Source: a virus
IMG/VR virus record: IMGVR_UViG_3300045988_114292
Length of the DNA stretch: 12,904 bases
Reading direction: 5' to 3' (one strand)
This document shows, piece by piece, positions 5,759 through 12,904 of the stretch (position 1 is its first letter; every line of letters starts with the position of its first letter). Position numbers and translations under genes: made by a program. The notes beneath the pieces were generated by a model, which was given only the letters and a program-made list of their open reading frames with translations, searched no databases and had not been told where the DNA came from.

Positions 5759-6955
5759 ATGGCAAACAGTTTAGTCGTACAGGATGCCTATTTAATCATT
5801 AATGATTTGTACAAGATGGCCACTGGCCGGGAGAATATCAAAGCACTAGACACAAGCTCATTTGTCGCTGTTGGTGAAACTATGCTTCGGACAGGTGTAG
5901 AGCCAACATTGAAAGCACTTAGTCAGTGGTGTGGCCGTACCTATTTTGAAATGGAAAAATACAGATCCGGAGTATTCCGGTCAATCATCGAAAATAGCGA
6001 GCGTTGGGGAGCTATCACACGTGAGATCATTTCCCTGCCATTGGATGCAGAAGCTTCCCAGGATTGGAACACAGATCTGAATGAAAATCAGCTTGCTGAT
6101 GGTCAGTCGGTTGACATGTACAAGATTAATGCTCCAAAAGTGGTAGAGTTGAAATTCTATGGTAGTAAGGTTCTTCAATCTCATATCACACGTTTCCGGG
6201 ATCAGCTGGCACTTGCTTTCTCGAATGAAGCAGAATTTCTCATGTTTGTAAGTAGCTATATGACTGCTTACTACAATGATATTGAATCAAGAAATGAAGC
6301 AAAACGCAGACTGACGGTGCTTAACTTCATGGCTGGTATCTCCTCACTTGGAACGAATGAGGTTGATCTGGTAAAAGAATACAACACAGCTTACGGTACA
6401 GAGCTTACAAGAAAGCAGCTGTTAAGCCCGGAGCATCACAGAGATTTCATGGCTTTTGTAGTTGCCAGAATCAAGAAAGATTCTAAGAAAATGCAGGATC
6501 GTACCACAAAGTATCACATGAATCTTACTGGAAAAGATATCTTACGGTTTACCAGACCGGAGAATCAGAAACTGCTTATGTACACTGATTTCTGGATTGA
6601 TTCCGAAACACAGGTATTCCCAACTGTGTTCAGTGATGAGCAGTTGAAAATTGCTGACAAAGAGCTTGTAAACGGCTGGCAGGAGTTTGACAGCCCAGCA
6701 ATCAATATTAAACCTAATATCATTGATGCTGACGGTGTTTCCAAAACAGCCACAACAGCGGTAAATCTTCCTTATGTACTGGGTCTTTTATATGACCGTA
6801 GGGCAATGGGAGTCAATAATCAGTGGATGTATTCTGCTGCTACACCATTCAATGCTGCCGGTGGTTATTACAATATCTTTGACCATTATCGTTTCAATGC
6901 CTGGAACAACTTCACACACAACGCAATCCTTTACGTACTGGGGGAGGGGGTATAA
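5759..6955 (+). CDS. Major capsid protein, phi29 gp8-like (398 aa)
   Basis: GGGAGGTG SD. Sits after the scaffold-like gene. The segment FLMFVSSYMTAYYNDIESRNEAKRR resembles phi29 gp8 [25 protein letters not shown] as I recall it. Size is appropriate for a capsid protein lacking the phi29 C-terminal Ig-like domain. Confidence 0.75.
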   Translation: MANSLVVQDAYLIINDLYKMATGRENIKALDTSSFVAVGETMLRTGVEPTLKALSQWCGRTYFEMEKYRSGVFRSIIENSERWGAITREIISLPLDAEASQDWNTDLNENQLADGQSVDMYKINAPKVVELKFYGSKVLQSHITRFRDQLALAFSNEAEFLMFVSSYMTAYYNDIESRNEAKRRLTVLNFMAGISSLGTNEVDLVKEYNTAYGTELTRKQLLSPEHHRDFMAFVVARIKKDSKKMQDRTTKYHMNLTGKDILRFTRPENQKLLMYTDFWIDSETQVFPTVFSDEQLKIADKELVNGWQEFDSPAINIKPNIIDADGVSKTATTAVNLPYVLGLLYDRRAMGVNNQWMYSAATPFNAAGGYYNIFDHYRFNAWNNFTHNAILYVLGEGV

Positions 6956-6956
6956 A

Positions 6957-7268
6957 ATGGTATACTTTGATGTAACAGATTCTAGCCCCACTATTCTCCC
7001 GTTAGATGATTCAGTCGGCATAAAAAGGATAGTAATGATAAATAATGGTGATAGTAGCTCTGCTACCGGACTTTTATTAAATGATAATAGTCCGATATTG
7101 CTTGCAAAATCAGATATCATTGATTTCACTTTCACTGAAACACCTTATGGTTACCCTGCCCCATCGTGCTTTTTTGTATCTGTAATAGGTGGCAGTACTG
7201 GTAGAATCATGATCGAAACTAGCCCCTTTGTAAATCCTGATTATTTTGAGAAAAAGGAGACTTCATAA
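6957..7268 (+). CDS. Hypothetical structural protein (103 aa) in the head-fibre/decoration (gp8.5) position
   Basis: GGAGGGGG SD, then the ATG at 6957, 1 nt after the capsid stop. The track's 6774 start lies inside the capsid gene and is rejected. Ser/Thr/Gly/Ile-rich (beta-rich impression only). The functional call is positional. Confidence 0.6.
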   Translation: MVYFDVTDSSPTILPLDDSVGIKRIVMINNGDSSSATGLLLNDNSPILLAKSDIIDFTFTETPYGYPAPSCFFVSVIGGSTGRIMIETSPFVNPDYFEKKETS

Positions 7269-7493
7269 ATGTTAGATACATTTTTGACTATTTTAGGAAA
7301 CTATGCGTTTCCGATTGTTTGCTGTTGTGCCATGGCATACTTTGTGAAATACATGTACGACCAGACCAATGCAAGAGTTGACAAACTCAACAATGAACAC
7401 AAAGACGAAGTTGATACCTTATCGAACGTTATTAAAAATAACACGGTTGCCATTGAAAAAATGAACACATTGATTGAACACTTAGGAAAGTAG
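7269..7493 (+). CDS. BhlA/UviB-family holin-like protein (74 aa)
   Basis: An N-terminal hydrophobic helix (FLTILGNYAFPIVCCCAMAYFV) followed by a charged coiled-coil tail matches the BhlA layout. Lies immediately upstream of the endolysin. AAGGAG SD. Confidence 0.65.
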   Translation: MLDTFLTILGNYAFPIVCCCAMAYFVKYMYDQTNARVDKLNNEHKDEVDTLSNVIKNNTVAIEKMNTLIEHLGK

Positions 7494-7503
7494 GTGTAAA
7501 AGT

Positions 7504-8163
7504 ATGACAGCAAATGAGCTTGTAGCGAACGCTGTGGATTTAATTGGAACAAAATATGTGTGGGGAGGTTCAAACCCCACACAGGGGCTTGACTGTTCCG
7601 GATTGCTTTACTGGATCCAGAAAAAAGCAGGGTCAGAAGTTGGTAGACTTACTGCTTCCGGTTATTCCAAAATCGGAACAAGGATTCCGAATGGACAGCA
7701 GAAAGTAGGTGACTTTTTCTTTTTCGGAAAACCGGTAACTCATTGCGCTATTTACATTGGAAATGGATATATGATTGAGAGCAGGGGAGAAAGAAAAAAC
7801 ACACCATACAATCCCGGTGTCGGGGTAGTCAAAAGCCTTGTAAGTCGTAGGTCTGACTTATCTTGTATTCGCAGGGTATACGATGAAGATTATAAAGAAC
7901 CATTGACTTATTTGACTGGAAAAACCTATACTACCAGAGTTGACCATTTGCATGTTCGTTGTTCAGTTTGGGGACAGATCAAAGAGTATGCACAGCTGAC
8001 AAGGGATGGTATGAAACACGCTTATTCTGATGGCTGTTTGAAAAAAGGAACAACAGTCACGGTAAAAGAAGTAAAAAAGGATAATACCGGAGCAACATGG
8101 GTACGGATTCCATCCGGTTGGATCTGTGCGATCACAGCAAAAGGTGAGGTGTACTTATCATGA
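7504..8163 (+). CDS. Endolysin: N-terminal NlpC/P60 cysteine peptidase plus a C-terminal SH3-like wall-binding region (219 aa)
   Basis: YVWGGSNPTQGLDCSGLLYW carries the catalytic Cys motif, and THCAIYIGNGYMIES the His motif. The roughly 80-aa C-terminus (TYTTRVDHLHVRCS...TWVRIPSGWICA) resembles an SH3b domain. Confidence 0.88.
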   Translation: MTANELVANAVDLIGTKYVWGGSNPTQGLDCSGLLYWIQKKAGSEVGRLTASGYSKIGTRIPNGQQKVGDFFFFGKPVTHCAIYIGNGYMIESRGERKNTPYNPGVGVVKSLVSRRSDLSCIRRVYDEDYKEPLTYLTGKTYTTRVDHLHVRCSVWGQIKEYAQLTRDGMKHAYSDGCLKKGTTVTVKEVKKDNTGATWVRIPSGWICAITAKGEVYLS

Positions 8164-9503
8164 CAGAGATCGTTTTATATCATTTTTCCAAAAGAAAAAA
8201 CAGCACCAAAAGACCAAAAGAACAGGGAACTACGGTTCCCTGTCTTTTAAAATCAGATACCACATTTCAAAATCCGGTATTTAAGTTAAAATTAGCACTG
8301 GATAATGCCTTGCAATACAACTATTTGCAATGGGCTGACCATTACTATTTCATTAACTCAACAGTTTCACTGAATAATGACATGGTCGAGATCTCAGCCA
8401 GTGAGGATGTGTTGGCAACCTACCGGACAGAGATTGGCAACTATACATGTTTTATCGAACGATCCAGCAAGCAGACTACGCTTGCCAATGACACTATGTA
8501 TATTCCTACAAATGACTGGGTAACCCAATCTACCATAGTAGGGCAGCCGATAAATACCTTTGTGAATGGCTATGCTCCAAACTATTTATTGCGCACTGTC
8601 TCGGTCGAGGGTATAAATACCTACTACATAAGAGGTAAGCAACTGAAAGATTTATGCTCATTTATGTATACATATGGATCTATTCCGGACGTAATGGACT
8701 CAGCAATTACACGCCTGCTTTTTAATCCATTTCAATATATTCTTGACATGAAGTGGCTACCTTTTATGGTTGATAAATTTGTAAATGCACTAGATACAGT
8801 AAAGCTTGGGTACTGGGATAGCAATACAAATGCCTATTTAATAGGTGATGCGTCTTGCACTTTTTCCTACGATTTAACCCTTGGTAATCCCTTATACGCT
8901 GATACTGATTTTAGGTTTTACAACCCTGCATACTCAAAGTATACCGTAAAACTACCATTTGTGGGGCTTATTCCTATCAATCCAACAAAGACTCATAAGG
9001 GTCAATTAAAAGCCACTTACAACTTTGATGCTGTCTCCGGAATGGCAGATGTTTGGCTAACATCCGGATCTGATGAGTATGCTCACTTCCAATGCCAGCT
9101 TGCCGTTCCGGTACAAATTGGCTATGCTACAGCAAATATTGGTCAGCTTACTACCAGTTTGATAGACGTAGGAACTAGCCTTGCTTCCGGTAATCCTATA
9201 GGAGCAATCACAAATACGTTGGGAGCTTTTCAAAGTGTAACATCTCCGGAGCCTAACATGGTAGGTACTGTTGGAAATATAACTTCTATCTTAAATAATA
9301 TGGAAGCAAACAGCATCTGCTACGCCTGCACAAGCTTAGACCCAGACGGAGCAAGTGAGGGATATGTAGATGGTACTGTCCGGTTAATATCTGGACTGAG
9401 TGGTTTTGTAAAATGCCGGAATGCATCTGTCCAGATTGCAGGATTTGAGGGAGACCAAGAACAGGTGAATAGTTATCTCAACAGCGGATTTTACTTTGAA
9501 TAG
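8160..9503 (+). CDS. Tail knob / distal tube protein, phi29 gp9-like (447 aa)
   Basis: ATGA overlap with the endolysin stop, and a GGTGAGGTG SD. The N-terminal region (YNYLQWADHYYFINSTVSLNNDMVEISASEDVLATY) parallels phi29 gp9 ([41 protein letters not shown]). The C-terminal IAGFEGDQEQVNSYLNSGFYFE parallels gp9 ISGDINNNDLQEIRTIFDNGITLW. Lies upstream of the portal, as in phi29. Confidence 0.6.
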   Translation: MTEIVLYHFSKRKNSTKRPKEQGTTVPCLLKSDTTFQNPVFKLKLALDNALQYNYLQWADHYYFINSTVSLNNDMVEISASEDVLATYRTEIGNYTCFIERSSKQTTLANDTMYIPTNDWVTQSTIVGQPINTFVNGYAPNYLLRTVSVEGINTYYIRGKQLKDLCSFMYTYGSIPDVMDSAITRLLFNPFQYILDMKWLPFMVDKFVNALDTVKLGYWDSNTNAYLIGDASCTFSYDLTLGNPLYADTDFRFYNPAYSKYTVKLPFVGLIPINPTKTHKGQLKATYNFDAVSGMADVWLTSGSDEYAHFQCQLAVPVQIGYATANIGQLTTSLIDVGTSLASGNPIGAITNTLGAFQSVTSPEPNMVGTVGNITSILNNMEANSICYACTSLDPDGASEGYVDGTVRLISGLSGFVKCRNASVQIAGFEGDQEQVNSYLNSGFYFE

Positions 9504-9518
9504 AAAGAGGTGATAAAC

Positions 9519-10439
9519 ATGTGGACACCAACTAATTTTGATAAAATCAATATTTGCACAAATTACTTCCAACCGTCCGGAATTAAGGTTAACAGCTTAT
9601 ATACAGACACATTTGACCGGATGCTTTATGAGCGTGTGTGTTCTATCCTAGATATAACATACAATGGCAGCATTGACATTGACTACTTTAAATATTGCTT
9701 ACTTTTTGGTGGCTATATTTGCATCACAAACACTGCTCTTTATGGGTTGATTGCACAGTACCCCATGCTGACAGGGTATAATATCTATTTCAAACCAACG
9801 ACAGCAAGCATACATACGTATGCAAGTAATGCTGTGATTGATCTGGAAGATATGGAGATCGGAAAAGACTGCTCTGTCATTTATCTAAGGCCAACTTTCT
9901 GTGGTATCGGTGATATCATTGGATTTTACAGCTACAAACTGGCACTTGTAGCATCTGCTTTCGATATGAATGTATTTAATTCCAAACTTGCTTTTCTGAT
10001 AGCTGCGAAAAACAAAGCAGCAGGCCAGACATTGAAAAAAATCTATGACAGCATACAAGCAGGGAACCCAGTTGAGGCTTTTGATGTATCAATTAAAACA
10101 GAGGACAGACAAGGGAGCAAACAAGATGCCTGGGAGTCATTCAACAAAGATCTGAAACAGAACTTCATTGCTCCGGAACTGATTGAGGTATTTGAGAAAC
10201 TTCTTGATCAATTTGATACCGAGGTGGGTATTCCATCTGTTGGATCTGATAAAAAAGAGCGACTGAACGTACTTGAGACAAGCAAAAATGATGCAGAAAC
10301 CGTAACACGGTTAACTACTTGGCTTGAAACCATGAAAGCAGGAGTTGACATGACAAATAGGTTATATCCAGAAATAAACTTGTCAATCAAGATCAGAAGT
10401 TATGAGACAGCGGAGGTGAAAACATATGGGGCTTTATAG
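9519..10439 (+). CDS. Portal (connector / upper collar) protein, phi29 gp10-like (306 aa)
   Basis: AAGAGGTG SD lies 6 nt before the ATG at 9519. The track's GTG at 9510 lies inside the SD. SVIYLRP...FYSYKLALVASAFDMNVFNSKLAFLIAAKN resembles gp10 VVIYNN...[30 protein letters not shown], and GIPSVGSDKKERLNVLETSKNDAE resembles gp10 [24 protein letters not shown]. Confidence 0.8.
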   Translation: MWTPTNFDKINICTNYFQPSGIKVNSLYTDTFDRMLYERVCSILDITYNGSIDIDYFKYCLLFGGYICITNTALYGLIAQYPMLTGYNIYFKPTTASIHTYASNAVIDLEDMEIGKDCSVIYLRPTFCGIGDIIGFYSYKLALVASAFDMNVFNSKLAFLIAAKNKAAGQTLKKIYDSIQAGNPVEAFDVSIKTEDRQGSKQDAWESFNKDLKQNFIAPELIEVFEKLLDQFDTEVGIPSVGSDKKERLNVLETSKNDAETVTRLTTWLETMKAGVDMTNRLYPEINLSIKIRSYETAEVKTYGAL

Positions 10440-11115
10440 AGTAACGATAGCAGGACTTTATGAATGGAACAATACCCTTTTTGATAAGATGGAGTTTCCA
10501 GAAACAGCAGACAGACAGAATTTTATCGACAGTTTGCTTTTGTCTTATGGGGATTGTGAACCCTTATATCCGGATTGGGATTTTATGCACGACAGTGCTA
10601 TTCCTGCTTGGAGCAAGAAATGGAAAAGAAGTATTGACAAGGTTTATAACGTGTTAGAATTAACTAATTATGAACCTATTGAAAACTATGACCGCCATGA
10701 AGAATGGACAGATAGCCCAGATATGACAAGAACAAGCCAGACAAGCGGACAGGATATAAACCGGGCAGAAGCAGGACAGGGAACCACTACGACCAACTCT
10801 GGGGCAGATACAGCCAAAAATGATGTGAGTGCATTTAATGATGTAAACTATTCCCCTAATGAAAAAACAACTACAGAGTATGGAGGCAGTACAAAAGTAC
10901 AAAGCTCCGGTGAAAATAAAAATACGTTTGAATATGGCAAAGGTGAGACGAACCGAGAGACAGGACAGAATAAGCATGTCGGACATATTCATGGAAACAT
11001 AGGTGTTACCACTTCACAGGAGATGGCCTTATCTGAGGTGCGTCTGCGGAAGCAAAGCTTTATTGATTACTGTACTGGACTTTTTGCTCAGGACTTGCTT
11101 TTATTAATTTATTAA
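10426..11115 (+). CDS. Lower collar (head-tail adaptor) protein, phi29 gp11-like (229 aa)
   Basis: GGAGGTG SD. Follows the portal in the phi29 gene order 9-10-11-12. Has an IENYDR motif, a Ser/Thr/Gly/Asn-rich middle, and HGNIGVTTSQEM near the C-terminus, which I associate with this family from memory. Confidence 0.6.
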   Translation: MGLYRVTIAGLYEWNNTLFDKMEFPETADRQNFIDSLLLSYGDCEPLYPDWDFMHDSAIPAWSKKWKRSIDKVYNVLELTNYEPIENYDRHEEWTDSPDMTRTSQTSGQDINRAEAGQGTTTTNSGADTAKNDVSAFNDVNYSPNEKTTTEYGGSTKVQSSGENKNTFEYGKGETNRETGQNKHVGHIHGNIGVTTSQEMALSEVRLRKQSFIDYCTGLFAQDLLLLIY

Positions 11116-11129
11116 AGGAGGAATGATTT

Positions 11130-12386
11130 ATGTTTTTCAGATACCCACACAGTTCAATGCAGGATTTAAATTTGGACTGGCTGCTTAAAATTGGCAAACA
11201 GGCTGACAAAGACCATGAAGAGTGGACGCATATTAAAGATACTGCTCAGACTATGATTGATGAGGCCATCCAGAAAAGTTTGGATGATGGTGAGATTGGA
11301 AAAGTAGTAAATGATGCCACTACCAAAATAATTACTGAACAAATTGACCCATTAAAAGAGCAGGTTGGAACAAATACAGCTGAAATCACAAAGTTACAAA
11401 AAAGAGAAGGACTTTTTGACCACTCCGGAAAAACTATCATCATTGGAGACAGCTACACGGTTGGTTATACTCCGGACGGCAACATAACTCCATGGACTAC
11501 AAACTTTATCAAGTACACAGGGCTTGAGGATGTAACGATATCCGCAAATGGTGGGGCATCTTTCTCAACAGCTGCCAATTCATTCCTTATGCTTTTAAAC
11601 AGTGTACCAGCTTCTGCGGACGTAAAACAGATTCTTGTCGTAGGAGGATTCAATGAGTTTGGTAGCTATTCAGATATTGAAAATGCAATCAACGCTTTTA
11701 TGGGAGCAACAGAAGTAAGATTTCCGAATGCAAAAGTGTTTTCTGCAATGGTAGCATGGTCTGTTGACCGGACGGATGACACAACTGTACAAAACAGGTT
11801 AAAGATTGCAAAATCCGTTTATAACACTCAGCGGAAAAATTGGCGCTATTTGACAGGCTCAGATTATATCCTACATGCTGACGGCTTCCTTGCGTCTGAT
11901 GGATTCCATCCAAACGCAACAGGACAGGAACGGCTTGCAATGTATCTTGCAACGGCTGTTGAAACAGGATCATGCAGCCCATCGTTCTATGAAGTCATTG
12001 CAAACTTTGAAGCTGGTGACTTTACAGCTACAGTGGGATCAAGTTGGACTCTTATAAGTTCATACAATGAGAGTACAAGCACTTTGATATGGGGCAACTA
12101 TGTTTGTTTACCAAACAGCAGAACACTTGTCTGTGATGGCACTGAGTACCGTTTGGGGCGCATCTATTCGACTTCCTTTATCGGAGATCATAACGGCTAT
12201 ACATGCTACCCAACCACTGTGATTGTTAAGTCTGGCAGTGACTTCTATCACATCCCTGCACAGCTTAACTTCCGTGGCCGACATATTTATTTAAGTTTGT
12301 ATGATGTTTCTGATGACAAGCACAATTACCGCACGTTAACTGAGGTCACACAAGTACAGATTCACAGAGGCTCTATTACTATGTAA
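11130..12386 (+). CDS. Tail appendage / receptor-binding protein with a central SGNH (GDSL) esterase domain (418 aa)
   Basis: - N-terminal attachment-type motif DLNLDWLLK, then a coiled-coil region.
- SGNH block I: IIIGDSYTVG (S108).
- SGNH block II: SANGGASF.
- SGNH block III: VGGFNEF.
- SGNH block V: SDGFHPN (D258/H260).
- A C-terminal domain of about 140 aa.
- AAGGAGG SD.
- Occupies the gp12 position. Confidence 0.75.
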   Translation: MFFRYPHSSMQDLNLDWLLKIGKQADKDHEEWTHIKDTAQTMIDEAIQKSLDDGEIGKVVNDATTKIITEQIDPLKEQVGTNTAEITKLQKREGLFDHSGKTIIIGDSYTVGYTPDGNITPWTTNFIKYTGLEDVTISANGGASFSTAANSFLMLLNSVPASADVKQILVVGGFNEFGSYSDIENAINAFMGATEVRFPNAKVFSAMVAWSVDRTDDTTVQNRLKIAKSVYNTQRKNWRYLTGSDYILHADGFLASDGFHPNATGQERLAMYLATAVETGSCSPSFYEVIANFEAGDFTATVGSSWTLISSYNESTSTLIWGNYVCLPNSRTLVCDGTEYRLGRIYSTSFIGDHNGYTCYPTTVIVKSGSDFYHIPAQLNFRGRHIYLSLYDVSDDKHNYRTLTEVTQVQIHRGSITM

Positions 12387-12396
12387 ATACAAATAT

Positions 12397-12432
12397 GATA
12401 GCCCAGCGGATGCTGGGCTATCGTTTTATTTT
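12397..12432. terminator. Bidirectional intrinsic terminator between the convergent late operon and the right-end gene
   Basis: An 11-bp perfect stem, GATAGCCCAGC (12397..12407) with GCTGGGCTATC (12412..12422), and a GGAT loop. It is followed by GTTTTATTTT on the + strand and by a weaker ATATTTGTATTT tract on the - strand. Confidence 0.85.
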
Positions 12433-12728
12433 GCATCTATCAAAAGCTTTCTGAGTAGCTTGATTACTGACCAGTTTGTACGTTCTTCATAATATGCTAT
12501 ATCAGTAAAACAATCATAAAAATAAACTTGCCAGTATTTAGATTTAGAGAGTGTAATTCCTGCTATCTCAATAAAATTAAGATAAGATACAAACAAAATA
12601 TTGAGTTTCTCATCATAATCACATCTTAACCCTTGCTTTTCAAGATCACATGCAAGCTGTATTGATTTGTTGAGTTTATTATAGTCCATATGAACTAAAA
12701 TGTCAACAGAAATATAATATTCTGACAA
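12426..12728 (-). CDS. Hypothetical right-end protein (100 aa from TTG at 12728; 87 aa from the only ATG at 12689), with its 5' end inside the right ITR
   Basis: A 100-codon open frame in very AT-rich DNA is unlikely to be chance. It is the only minus-strand gene, convergent on the shared terminator. No SD precedes either start, and the ATG lies between the -35 and -10 of the ITR promoter, so the start is unresolved. Confidence 0.5.
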   Translation of the reverse strand: MSEYYISVDILVHMDYNKLNKSIQLACDLEKQGLRCDYDEKLNILFVSYLNFIEIAGITLSKSKYWQVYFYDCFTDIAYYEERTNWSVIKLLRKLLIDAK

Positions 12729-12904
12729 TTAATTAAATTGTAAGATACACATGACAGGATCTAGCTTGTTAAATGAATAATTGTCAGACAATTTAATGTT
12801 GTAGTTACCTAGCAAGAATCATGCCAGTTTTGCAATTATGAACAAAATATGAACAGGTTGGGGGAATGTTAACAATTTGTTAACAGGTTGGTCTTGCCAA
12901 GTTT
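12656..12904. repeat. Right inverted terminal repeat, 249 bp
   Basis: Perfect reverse complement of 1..249. Confidence 0.97.
12678..12706 (-). promoter_or_regulatory. Consensus promoter TTGACA-17-TATAAT in the right ITR (mirror of 199..227), firing inward
   Basis: Exact ITR copy: -35 at 12706..12701 and -10 at 12683..12678 on the minus strand. Confidence 0.7.

Noticed and set aside
6774-6956. Long open overlap of the 6957 frame with the capsid 3' end. Could it be a capsid-decoration fusion by +1 frameshift, given the prfB-like AGGGGGTAT context?
   Set aside because: The zero-frame codons are GGG GTA TAA, and tRNA-Val cannot re-pair in +1 on TAT. The G-run is better explained as the SD for the ATG at 6957. 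The ATG at 6774 has no SD. Not fully excluded, but unsupported.
9510-9518. GTG start of the portal ORF as given in the track
   Set aside because: The GTG is part of the AAGAGGTG SD. The ATG at 9519 has ideal 6-nt spacing.
10460-10657. Plus-strand 65-aa ORF nested in the lower-collar gene, and similarly 11875..12057 inside the appendage gene
   Set aside because: Both are out-of-frame overlaps of motif-supported genes and have no SD.
10634-10660. Internal promoter-like TTGACA ... TGTTAGAAT (extended -10) inside the lower-collar gene
   Set aside because: The spacer is only 15 nt and the site is intragenic. It could be a minor promoter for the appendage gene, but the sequence alone is insufficient.
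1674-11982. Eighteen minus-strand ORFs of 60-143 aa in the track: 1674..1865, 3032..3463, 3512..3754, 4090..4287, 4215..4616, 4418..4657, 4658..5068, 5429..5710, 5981..6184, 6565..6753, 6788..7135, 7301..7582, 9384..9572, 10208..10390, 10660..10992, 11246..11443, 11465..11653, 11698..11982
   Set aside because: All but 3512..3754 lie wholly antisense to well-supported plus-strand genes with motifs and SDs; that one runs antisense across the polymerase 3' end, the 3611..3680 spacer and the micro-ORF at 3681..3794. All lack SDs and have odd, Cys- or Phe-rich low-complexity translations. The 5429..5710 product is just the antisense of the QIPPQ repeat. They are shadow ORFs.
1-12904. Terminal inverted repeats plus PolB as a transposon, casposon, pipolin or linear plasmid rather than a virus
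   Set aside because: There is no transposase, Cas1 or integrase. Capsid, portal, packaging ATPase, tail and lysis genes fill the element, which fits a phage.

Overview
The window appears to be a complete linear genome, not a fragment. The first 249 nt are the exact reverse complement of the last 249 nt (1..249 vs 12656..12904), and the ends read 5'-AAAC. Between the inverted terminal repeats (ITRs) lies a tightly packed, AT-rich gene set with strong GGAGG-type ribosome-binding sites. All genes are on the + strand except one convergent gene at the right end.

The content is that of a very small phi29-like podophage that replicates by protein priming:
- Replication and packaging: left-end orphan early genes, a basic candidate terminal protein, a family-B DNA polymerase with all Exo I-III and Pol A/B/C/KxY motifs, two micro-ORFs missing from the ORF track, a SpoVG-like nucleic-acid-binding protein, and a gp16-like packaging ATPase.
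- Structure and lysis: a scaffold-like protein with a perfect (QIPPQ)x4 repeat, a phi29 gp8-like major capsid protein, a 103-aa protein in the head-fibre slot, a BhlA/UviB-like holin, an NlpC/P60 endolysin, then gp9-like tail knob, gp10-like portal, gp11-like lower collar and a tail appendage with an SGNH esterase domain.

Three consensus sigma-A-type promoters, one in each ITR firing inward and one at 5278..5307, plus a bidirectional terminator at 12397..12432 suggest a simple early/late layout. No integrase, repressor, tRNA or CRISPR array was seen. The SD strength, BhlA, SpoVG and NlpC/P60 calls point to a Firmicutes/Clostridia host; this is inference.

All homology calls rest on motifs and on remembered reference sequences. 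No database search was run.
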